From assembly GCA_947498775.1 (NCBI GenBank), contig CANMLL010000009.1, forward strand, positions 90,981-154,980: DNA of 64,000 nucleotides. Direction: 5' to 3'. The position numbers and the translations under genes are program-made. Of the stretch, positions 46,015-54,063 are shown piece after piece; the first letter of the stretch is position 1, and each line of letters opens with the position of its first letter. The notes under the pieces are model-generated. The model worked only from the letters and a program-made list of their open reading frames with translations, had not been told where the DNA came from and ran no database searches. The DNA comes from an uncultured Aquimarina sp. GTDB taxonomy: Bacteria > Bacteroidota > Bacteroidia > Flavobacteriales > Flavobacteriaceae.

Positions 46015-48897
46015 ATGTTTCGAATACCCGCCGGTTCAAAATACCTGCTTTTCTTTTTTCTGTTTTTCATTTCAATTATAAATGGGCAGCAAACCGGACT
46101 AAAAGGAAGAATTATTGATGCTGCCACAGCAGATAATATTGTGGGAGCCAAGATTTTTTTTAAAGAAACAACCGTCTTTGTAATTACTAATGATTTTGGG
46201 GTTTTTGATTTTAAGAATACTATACTTCCGCTTGGCGAGCAAATTCTAATGATTTCGGCAAAAGGATACAATACAAAACGTTTTCCTGTAGTAATCAATG
46301 AGGGTAAGGTGTTAGATCTTAAAAAAATAGAACTTCAATATGATTTCAATAACGAAAAAAACCAAATAGGAACCATTACGCTTTCTGACACCGAGCTTGA
46401 CGATGAGAACGATATTGCTTTCAATATGTCTGCATTACTGCAAGCAAATCGCGATGTTTTTTTGAATGCTGCTGCTTTTGATTTTAGCGCAACATTCTTT
46501 CGCCCACGAGGTCTTAAAAACGAAAATGGAAAAGTATTGATCAATGGAGTAGCAATGAACAAGATGCTGGATGGAAGACCACAATGGAGCAATTGGGGAG
46601 GATTAAATGATGTGCAGCGCAACCAGGAGTTTTCCTTCGGAATCTCACAAAACGACTATGCTTTTGGTGACTTGTTGGGCACTTCGAATATCATCATGAG
46701 GGCATCAAAATACAGAAAAGGAGGTAGAATTTCTTATGCTTCATCCAATCGCAGCTATCAAGGTAGGGTTATGGGAACTTATAATTCGGGAAGCACATCA
46801 AAAGGATGGGCTTTTTCGGTTTCTTTATCGCGTAGGTTTGGACAAGAAGGGTATATTGATGGCACGGGTTATGATTCAAATTCGTTCTTCGCCTCTGTCG
46901 AAAAGAAAATAAACAATAACCACAGTATTAATCTCACCGGCTTTTATACACCCAACCGAAGCGGAAGATCTACTGCCATTACCGAAGAAGTTTTTAATAT
47001 AAAAGGAGCTACCTATAATCCCAATTGGGGTTACCAGAACGGGAACATCAGAAATTCACGAGAGCGCATTGTAGAAGAACCTGTACTTATGCTTAATCAT
47101 TACTGGGATATTAACAAGAATACCGTGCTAAACACTAATATCGCCTTTCAAACCGGAAAAATTGCGAATTCGCGAATCGATACTGGTGGTAGCGATTTAA
47201 TTTCTACTCCTGCCGGAAATGTATATATAGGTGGCGGCCGCGGTGCTAACACCAACCCTGTGCATCCAGATAACTTACCAAGTTCTTTTCTAAAAGATAG
47301 TAACCCAACGGCTGTAGCTTACCAAAATGCGTTTTTAGCACAACAAAACCTTGTTAATAACGGCCAACTAGATTGGGGTCGTTTGATACAAGCCAACCAA
47401 AAAAATGCATTACAAGGAAACAATGCAACCTATATTTTGTACGAAGATCGAACCGATGACACCCAGCTTAGCAGTAATATAGTTTTAAGCAGCCAGATAA
47501 ATAACCACCTTACATTAAATGCGGCAATACACTATAGAAACTTAAAAAGTGAGAACTTTGCAGAGGTTAAAGACCTGCTAGGGGGGTCTGGTTTTCTGGA
47601 TGTTGACTTGTTTGCATTATCGGCTTCTGGTTTGTCTGCTTCAGAATTAGCAAACAGAACTCAGAGTGATCTGCAAAACCCTAATCGTATTGTGAGTGTA
47701 GGAGATCGTTATGACTACAATTACGAGATGTACGCTTCAACCATTAATGGGTATGCGCAAACTCAATTTAAGTATGATAAATTCGATTTTTTCCTGGCGG
47801 GTGATATTACACAAACCTCATATCAACGCAATGGCCTTTTTGAGAATGGCTATTTTCCCGGTGCTCAATCTTTTGGAAAAAGCCCTAAAGTAGATTTCAA
47901 AAACTATGGTGTTAAAGGAGGAGCAACATTGAGAGTTCACGGTCACCATTCTCTTAACCTAAATGCTGCATATTTTACCAAAGCGCCTTCAATTAGAAAT
48001 GCTTTTGTAAATGCGCGGCAAAGCAACGCTTCCGTGTCTCAGCTAATAGGTAAAAATCAGGAAAATGAAAAAATCCAATCTATTGATGCCAGTTATATTT
48101 TTCGTTCTTCAAAGATTAAGGCAAAAATAACTGGCTATTATACCCAAATTCAGGATGCTTCAAATATTTCATTCTTTTTTACCCAGGCAATCTCGGGATC
48201 GGGGGCCGGTTTTGTTCAGGAAATTCTTACTGATATAGATAAGCTACATATTGGTGGAGAACTTGGCATAGCATATCAAATCACTCCAACTATAAAGCTA
48301 AAAGGGGTAGCGGCTATCGGTCAATTTAAGTACAATAGCGACCCCGATCTGGCACTGGCAAGCACCAGTGATATTTTTACCGATTTTCAAGGAATTCGTC
48401 CTTTCGGGAAATCAGCTTTAAAAGGTTATTACCTATCTGGTGGACCTCAACAGGCTGCTCAATTGGGGTTTGAATATCGCGATCCAGATTTTTGGTGGTT
48501 TGGTGCCACAACCAACTACTTTTCTAATGCTTTTATAAGTGTTAGCCCTTTTGCTAGAACATCCAATTTTAACCAAGATGTGGATGGGCTTCCTTTTAAT
48601 GATTATAACGCAGAAATTGCCAGATCCCTACTACAACAAGAACGTTTTGATGATTACTTCTTGGTGAATGCCATTGGTGGTAAATCCTGGAGAATAAAAA
48701 AGTATTATGTCGGCTTTTTTGCCTCTGTAAACAACATCCTTAATCAAACATATAAAACGGGAGGTTTTGAGCAAACAAGAAACGCAAATTATAGACGTGC
48801 CCTAGAAGAATCTCAACGCGAAACACCTGTGTTTGGACCTAAATATTTCTATGGATATGGCACATCCTATTATATTAATTTTTACATCCGATTTTAA
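46015..48897 (+). CDS. TonB-dependent receptor with an N-terminal CarboxypepD_reg-like domain
   Basis: 960 aa. Signal peptide, GLKGRIIDAATADNIVGAKIFF, a plug region, a long beta-barrel and a C-terminal ...NFYIRF. Confidence 0.85.
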   Translation: MFRIPAGSKYLLFFFLFFISIINGQQTGLKGRIIDAATADNIVGAKIFFKETTVFVITNDFGVFDFKNTILPLGEQILMISAKGYNTKRFPVVINEGKVLDLKKIELQYDFNNEKNQIGTITLSDTELDDENDIAFNMSALLQANRDVFLNAAAFDFSATFFRPRGLKNENGKVLINGVAMNKMLDGRPQWSNWGGLNDVQRNQEFSFGISQNDYAFGDLLGTSNIIMRASKYRKGGRISYASSNRSYQGRVMGTYNSGSTSKGWAFSVSLSRRFGQEGYIDGTGYDSNSFFASVEKKINNNHSINLTGFYTPNRSGRSTAITEEVFNIKGATYNPNWGYQNGNIRNSRERIVEEPVLMLNHYWDINKNTVLNTNIAFQTGKIANSRIDTGGSDLISTPAGNVYIGGGRGANTNPVHPDNLPSSFLKDSNPTAVAYQNAFLAQQNLVNNGQLDWGRLIQANQKNALQGNNATYILYEDRTDDTQLSSNIVLSSQINNHLTLNAAIHYRNLKSENFAEVKDLLGGSGFLDVDLFALSASGLSASELANRTQSDLQNPNRIVSVGDRYDYNYEMYASTINGYAQTQFKYDKFDFFLAGDITQTSYQRNGLFENGYFPGAQSFGKSPKVDFKNYGVKGGATLRVHGHHSLNLNAAYFTKAPSIRNAFVNARQSNASVSQLIGKNQENEKIQSIDASYIFRSSKIKAKITGYYTQIQDASNISFFFTQAISGSGAGFVQEILTDIDKLHIGGELGIAYQITPTIKLKGVAAIGQFKYNSDPDLALASTSDIFTDFQGIRPFGKSALKGYYLSGGPQQAAQLGFEYRDPDFWWFGATTNYFSNAFISVSPFARTSNFNQDVDGLPFNDYNAEIARSLLQQERFDDYFLVNAIGGKSWRIKKYYVGFFASVNNILNQTYKTGGFEQTRNANYRRALEESQRETPVFGPKYFYGYGTSYYINFYIRF

Positions 48898-48908
48898 TTA
48901 TCAACATT

Positions 48909-50318
48909 ATGAAAACATCTATTAACAACTTAAAAACATTGGCTTTTGTACTTGTAATAGTACTTATTAAAACAAGCTGTACACCTGAAGAAAATTTTGC
49001 AACACCCCCCTTGCTTATAGAAGAGCCGTCAATCAACGGAACAATAGTCGATATCGAAGCTGTTTTGGGTATCATGAACCAAGAAATAGAAAAAGAAGGA
49101 GAAAATGCTAAAGTCGTTTTTGACAACACCAACAACTTTATGGTTGGTTATGTGGTTTCAAGCGATAAAGGAGGCAATTTTTTTAAAGAGCTTATTCTTC
49201 AAAACAAGAACATAGGTCCAACTGCGGGAATAAGATTGTTAATAGACAATTCTCCATTGTACACCTCATACGAATTTGGTCGCAAAGTGTTTGTGAAACT
49301 TGATGGATTGTCTGCAGGGATAGAAAATGGTGTTCCGACCTTGGGTCTTTTAGACGGAAATACTATAGCATCGGTTCCTTCATTTTCAGTAAATGAAATC
49401 ATTACTAGGTCCACAGAAGTATTTGCAATCACTCCGTTAGAAATTACTATGGAAGACTTTGTAGATCGGTTTTTAAACCTCTACATTAAAATCAATGACA
49501 TGCAATTCAATAAAAACATGGTTTTAGATAACAATGCTTTTACGTTTGCCGCCGAATCAAATGACGAGTTTGATGGTGAACGAATTGTTGAAAGCTGTAA
49601 AACAGGAAGAACCACCATAATGAGTACCAGTACTTTTTCGGATTTTAAAGGGCTTACTTTACCTAGTAATCAAGGAAGTTTTACAGGGATTTTGACTAAG
49701 AATTTTTTAGGAGACACTTTTAATTTAGTGCTCAATGATCCGGAAGGTCTTATTTTTGATATCGAAACCCGTTGTGATCCCGAGGTATTACAATGCTCTT
49801 CTATCGAGGTAGGAAATAACATTCTTTTTGAAGAAGACTTTGCAGGATTAAAAATAAAAGATCTGGAAGAAAAAGGATGGATCAATAGCAACACCACGGG
49901 CGGCATGTTAGATTTTGAAATTGGTGATTTTGCAGAAAATCAATATGCTCAAATCACAGGTTTTAGATCAAAAGAGCCCATATATGAAGTCTGGCTCATC
50001 TCCCCAGAAATTGATATTGCCAATTCGGCCAATGAAGTCTTAAATTTTGATATACAAACCGGGTACGATAATGGCAATATTCTGGAAGTTTTTGTAACCA
50101 CCGATTTTACAGGCGACATTCAAACCGCTTCATGGAAAAAATTGGATGCAAATCTGCCTCGAGGCCCATTAAATGCCTTTGGAGATACTGTTCCTGCTGG
50201 GCCGATTTCTTTATCATGTCTTAATGGTTCTGTAAGAATAGGTTTTCGATATATCGGCGGCGATCCAAGAGCTACAACGCGTTATCATATTGATAATGTT
50301 GAAATAAAAGGGGAATAA
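48909..50318 (+). CDS. DUF5689-like (OB-fold) plus choice-of-anchor-J-like surface lipoprotein
   Basis: Lipobox KTSC. VGYVVSSDKGGNFFKELILQNK...IRLLID resembles the OB-like segment of the big nuclease. The C-terminal FEEDF...W...YIGGD...YHIDNVEI is choice-of-anchor-J-like. Confidence 0.55.
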   Translation: MKTSINNLKTLAFVLVIVLIKTSCTPEENFATPPLLIEEPSINGTIVDIEAVLGIMNQEIEKEGENAKVVFDNTNNFMVGYVVSSDKGGNFFKELILQNKNIGPTAGIRLLIDNSPLYTSYEFGRKVFVKLDGLSAGIENGVPTLGLLDGNTIASVPSFSVNEIITRSTEVFAITPLEITMEDFVDRFLNLYIKINDMQFNKNMVLDNNAFTFAAESNDEFDGERIVESCKTGRTTIMSTSTFSDFKGLTLPSNQGSFTGILTKNFLGDTFNLVLNDPEGLIFDIETRCDPEVLQCSSIEVGNNILFEEDFAGLKIKDLEEKGWINSNTTGGMLDFEIGDFAENQYAQITGFRSKEPIYEVWLISPEIDIANSANEVLNFDIQTGYDNGNILEVFVTTDFTGDIQTASWKKLDANLPRGPLNAFGDTVPAGPISLSCLNGSVRIGFRYIGGDPRATTRYHIDNVEIKGE

Positions 50319-50365
50319 CTATTAAAAAATAGTGTAACTAATTTTTAGTTACACTTATATTTGCT

Positions 50366-50612
50366 ATGTCAAGAATAGAGAAATTAATCTAAAAGTTTTT
50401 ATCTGTTCCAAAAAAACCTAACCTGGGAAGAGCTTGTTAAAATTCTTAATTACAAAGGGTATTTCGAAAAATATAGCAAAGGAAAAAAGGGTGGATCTAG
50501 ACGAAAGTTTATTAACAAAGAAAAAGATATTATTAGCTTACACAAGCCTCATCCAGGTAATATTGTAAAACAATACATTATAAAGCAAATAATTGAAAAA
50601 TTAGAGTTTTAA
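50366..50612 (+). pseudogene. hicA: hicA-family toxin gene disrupted by a nonsense codon and a frameshift
   Basis: ATG 50366 gives MSRIEKLI, then TAA (50390-50392). The same frame continues KFLSVPKKPNL. After an A7 run (50410-50416) the HicA-like sequence LTWEELVKILNYKGYFEKYSKGKKGGSRRKFINKEKDIISLHKPHPGNIVKQYIIKQIIEKLEF continues in another frame to TAA 50610-50612, with no start codon of its own. Confidence 0.65.
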
Positions 50613-50624
50613 AACTTAAATATC

Positions 50625-50990
50625 ATGAAAAACTTTATGGAATATAAAGGTTACTTGAGCAGCATTACTTTTAGTAATGAGGACATGATTTTTTTTGGGA
50701 GATTGGAAGGAATTAATGATCTGGTGCTTTTTGAAGGCGATTCTGTTTCAGAGCTTCAAAATGCTTTTCAAAGTGCTGTAGAAGATTATTTGGAGACATG
50801 TAAAGAAAAAGGCAAACAACCCGAAAAAATATATAAAGGAGTTTTTAATGTAAGGGTACAAAAAAGTATTCACAGAAAACTTTCGCGAATAGCGATAAAA
50901 AATGGAGTAAAACTTAATGATTTAGTGAATAAGTCACTGCTATTTTTGATAGACCATGAAGATCAGGTTCTTCATAAAAAAGATGTTTAA
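50625..50990 (+). CDS. hicB: HicB-family antitoxin
   Basis: 121 aa. YKGYLSSITFSNEDMIFFGRLEGINDLVLFEGDSVSELQNAF...YLETCKEKGKQPEK...FNVRVQKSIHRKL is the classic HicB plus RHH-like layout. Confidence 0.8.
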   Translation: MKNFMEYKGYLSSITFSNEDMIFFGRLEGINDLVLFEGDSVSELQNAFQSAVEDYLETCKEKGKQPEKIYKGVFNVRVQKSIHRKLSRIAIKNGVKLNDLVNKSLLFLIDHEDQVLHKKDV

Positions 50991-51434
50991 CTACCTCACC
51001 ATCCCAATATGTGGGATCCCATCCTCGAGATACTCCTCTCCCACTTGTTCAAATCCATGGGCTTTATAAAACTTTTTTAAATAGGTTTGGGCAGATATTT
51101 TGATGTCTTTGGTCTCAAAATACTTTTCTATAGCATCAATACTTTCTTTGATAAGGTCATGGCCATAACCATACTTTCTTTCTTTTTCTGCAACCACTAC
51201 ACGCCCGATACTGGCTTTTTTAAAATAATTTCCCGCTTCAAAAATTCGAGTATATGCTACTACTTCATTGTTTTTATAGCCAATTACGTGAAGTGCTTTT
51301 TGATCTTTGTTATCGATATCTTGATAAACACAATCTTGTTCTACCACAAAAACTTGGGCACGTAAGCGCAAAATTTTATATAATTCTGGCGTTGATAACT
51401 CATCAAAACGTTTAACCTTAAATGTAAGATCCAT
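50991..51434 (-). CDS. ElaA-like GNAT N-acetyltransferase
   Basis: 147 aa with YKILRLRAQVFVVEQDCVYQDID, typical of ElaA. Confidence 0.75.
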   Translation of the reverse strand: MDLTFKVKRFDELSTPELYKILRLRAQVFVVEQDCVYQDIDNKDQKALHVIGYKNNEVVAYTRIFEAGNYFKKASIGRVVVAEKERKYGYGHDLIKESIDAIEKYFETKDIKISAQTYLKKFYKAHGFEQVGEEYLEDGIPHIGMVR

Positions 51435-51436
51435 AG

Positions 51437-52354
51437 TTAATCCTGTACAATTATATCTTTATTATCCTTTTTACCAAACTCTGGTTGAAGCGTTACATGA
51501 TTGATCTTAAACTCGTCTCGCAAAATATGTTCTATCTCATGAAGAATCTCTCCAAATTCTGATACGTGTATATCATCATCAAAATCAATATGAGCTTCGA
51601 GATGTGTTTCTTCTTCATTAAGTTGCCAGACATGAACATGGTGTATGCTTTTTACCTTTTGTAATGAATTAATTGTTTTTACAATTTCTTTTACCTCAAT
51701 AGTATCCGGTGTATATAGCATCAACACTTTAAAAGACCTTTTAAGCAGATCATATCCAACTACAATAAGATAAATGGCAATAGCAAAGGTAAGCACACTG
51801 TCTATCCAAAAAATCTTGTAAAACCGCATCAACAAACCGCCTATTAATACCGCTACTGATGCCATCAGGTCTGTAATAAGATGCAAATAGGCCGACCGCA
51901 TATTCATGTTTACTTTACTGTCTTTTCTTAAAAGCAGCACACTTAACCCATTTCCTAAAATTGCTATGGCAGAAAGTATAATCACAATCTGTGCGCTTAT
52001 CTCTTGTGGATTTTGCAACCGCTCAATGGCTTCAAAAATTAAAATAATAGCAATAACCATTAAGGAAGCAGCATTTATAAATGCTGCCATAATTTCGGCT
52101 CTTTTAAATCCAAAAGTTCTCTTGATAGAAGCCTCTTTTTTAGCTAGTCTGTTTGCAAAATAACTTACAATCAACGAAAGTACATCACTAAAATTATGAA
52201 GTGCATCAGATAACAGCGATAGACTACCAGATATTAGCCCTCCTATTACTTGAGCCACTGTAATGCCAATATTTAAAAGAATAGAAAATAGTAGATTACG
52301 CCCAATAAGCTTTTGATGTGAGTGTGAATCATTATGAGCGTGATGATGTGCCAT
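51437..52354 (-). CDS. cation diffusion facilitator (CDF) family metal efflux transporter
   Basis: His-rich N-terminus, six TM segments with LLSDALHNFSD and HLITDL motifs, and a cytoplasmic C-domain. Confidence 0.85.
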   Translation of the reverse strand: MAHHHAHNDSHSHQKLIGRNLLFSILLNIGITVAQVIGGLISGSLSLLSDALHNFSDVLSLIVSYFANRLAKKEASIKRTFGFKRAEIMAAFINAASLMVIAIILIFEAIERLQNPQEISAQIVIILSAIAILGNGLSVLLLRKDSKVNMNMRSAYLHLITDLMASVAVLIGGLLMRFYKIFWIDSVLTFAIAIYLIVVGYDLLKRSFKVLMLYTPDTIEVKEIVKTINSLQKVKSIHHVHVWQLNEEETHLEAHIDFDDDIHVSEFGEILHEIEHILRDEFKINHVTLQPEFGKKDNKDIIVQD

Positions 52355-52357
52355 ATA

Positions 52358-52792
52358 TTAATTACACATAGGTATTTTGTTTACTCTATTTAGGTGTCTG
52401 CCTCCTTCAAATGCTGTAGACAAAAATGTTTTTACCATATCCAATGCTTGATGTTGCGACGTAAACCTGGCAGGGATACATATAATATTAGCATTATTGT
52501 GCTGCCTTGTTAATACGGTAATCTCTTTTGTCCAACAAAGCCCAGCTCGCACATTTTTATACTTGTTAGCAGTCATACAAACCCCATTACCGCTTCCACA
52601 AATTAAAATACCAAAATCCACTGTGTTGCCATCAACATCCTTTGCTACTGGATGTACAAAATCTGGGTAATCTACACTACTCTCTTCATTTGTACCATAG
52701 TTAGTAACCTCAATTCCTTGTGATTTTAAATGTGCTACAACTGCAAATTTGTATGCTGTTCCTGCGTGATCATTTCCGATAGCTATTTTCAT
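52358..52792 (-). CDS. rpiB: ribose-5-phosphate isomerase B
   Basis: 144 aa with MKIAIGNDHAG and ICGSGNGVCMTANK motifs. Confidence 0.9.
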   Translation of the reverse strand: MKIAIGNDHAGTAYKFAVVAHLKSQGIEVTNYGTNEESSVDYPDFVHPVAKDVDGNTVDFGILICGSGNGVCMTANKYKNVRAGLCWTKEITVLTRQHNNANIICIPARFTSQHQALDMVKTFLSTAFEGGRHLNRVNKIPMCN

Positions 52793-53352
52793 TTTATACC
52801 TTTTTTGTTCTCTTCACAAAGATAATTCAATCCAAAAAAAGTAATCTCCAAAAAATCAATTATTTAAGCCAATGTTACGGTAATGTTAATAAGTCTATCC
52901 CTTCTGTTAACATAAGATGTGAATAAACAGTTCCTAAAATTCTGAAAGTTTTTTTGGTTGTTTTCCTTTTTATTAGAATACAAGTATCTTTTAAACATAT
53001 CAAAATATTAAACCATCTTTTTTTAGGTAAGTTCTTAAGTAGTAAACGAATCTTATAAACTACGGTTTTACCGTAAAATTATTAAAAATTGTAGGTGTTT
53101 ATATTCTATTAACAAGTGTTAATTAAATTTTATTTTCAGAACGTTTTCAGTGTTTTAACATACTAATATCCTGTTTATATGTTTTTGAAAATTTCATCTA
53201 ACTAAAAAAACAAATAAAACCTTATAAAGTTATACCGCTATCCACACTACATCATCATCATCATTTTTAATTTTTAATTTCAAAAAAGAAAAGATAAATA
53301 TATTAAATATGTTGAAAACTCATTTTTTGTTGCATATTTTAAAATAGTAATT

Positions 53353-53592
53353 TTATACTATTCTTAAGTATGGATTCTTGTTTAAATTATCGATAATCTT
53401 AAGTACTCTGATTTTGTCTTTTTGATGTACCTTTAGATTGATTCCTCCTAGTGCATTGGAGTAAAATGGAAAAACGCCTATCATCGTTTCGTTTTCAAAA
53501 AAATAAGAAATTCCCTCTTGGTCAAGAAGAAGTTTTAAAACAGCATATTCGTGTGGATAGGTGTATGTTTTTACAATAACAAAATCTTTCAT
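53353..53592 (-). CDS. DUF2007-like small protein
   Basis: 79 aa. The pattern VKTYTYPHEYAVLKLLLDQEGI...GGINLKV is recalled from DUF2007. Confidence 0.5.
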   Translation of the reverse strand: MKDFVIVKTYTYPHEYAVLKLLLDQEGISYFFENETMIGVFPFYSNALGGINLKVHQKDKIRVLKIIDNLNKNPYLRIV

Positions 53593-53643
53593 TAAATAAA
53601 GCGCAGCTATAGTTTATTTAAATATACAAAATATTGAAATAAG

Positions 53644-53823
53644 CTAGTTCATTTGTATTGCTTTACGATCAGGTTTACCAGAACCAATTGTTTGAGACTC
53701 TTGAACTGTTTCCTTTTTCTGATCAATTGTATTGTTTATGTAAATGGTAAAAGAATACACCCCAAAAAGGAAAATTAAAACAAAGAATAGTATGATTTTG
53801 TGTATTTTCTTGATTTTTAACAT
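53644..53823 (-). CDS. possible small membrane protein, 59 aa
   Basis: ATG ORF below the track cutoff (MLKIKKIHKIILFFVLIFLFGVYSFTIY...) with one TM segment. Weak. Confidence 0.3.
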   Translation of the reverse strand: MLKIKKIHKIILFFVLIFLFGVYSFTIYINNTIDQKKETVQESQTIGSGKPDRKAIQMN

Positions 53824-54063
53824 AGCTGGTTAATATACTAAACGTACAAATATAAATACTAGTGTATTAAAATTAAGTAAATTTTAAGAAAAAAAGTCAA
53901 ATTTGTTGAGAATTTTTAAATGTAAATAGCTGATTTACAGATAATGTATTTTTAAATAATTAAACAGTTATACTATTTGAGGATTAATAAAAGTTTAAAC
54001 TTAAAATTACAGATGTTAAAAGATAAGCTGTACTTTTATAACATAGTTATATAATTGATATTA

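Noticed and set aside
53250-53264. (CAT)5 microsatellite
   Set aside because: It is short, non-coding and not adjacent to a start codon or promoter element that I can identify. It is probably insignificant.
52793-53352. Calling this AT-rich spacer the chromosomal origin (oriC) on the basis of DnaA-box-like 9-mers
   Set aside because: Only two boxes are present, about 320 bp apart and with no cluster. The same tgtgaataa 9-mer also occurs by chance at 9103-9111 in the suf promoter region. No dnaA or dnaN gene is nearby, and GC skew cannot be computed here. It is kept only as a low-interest finding.
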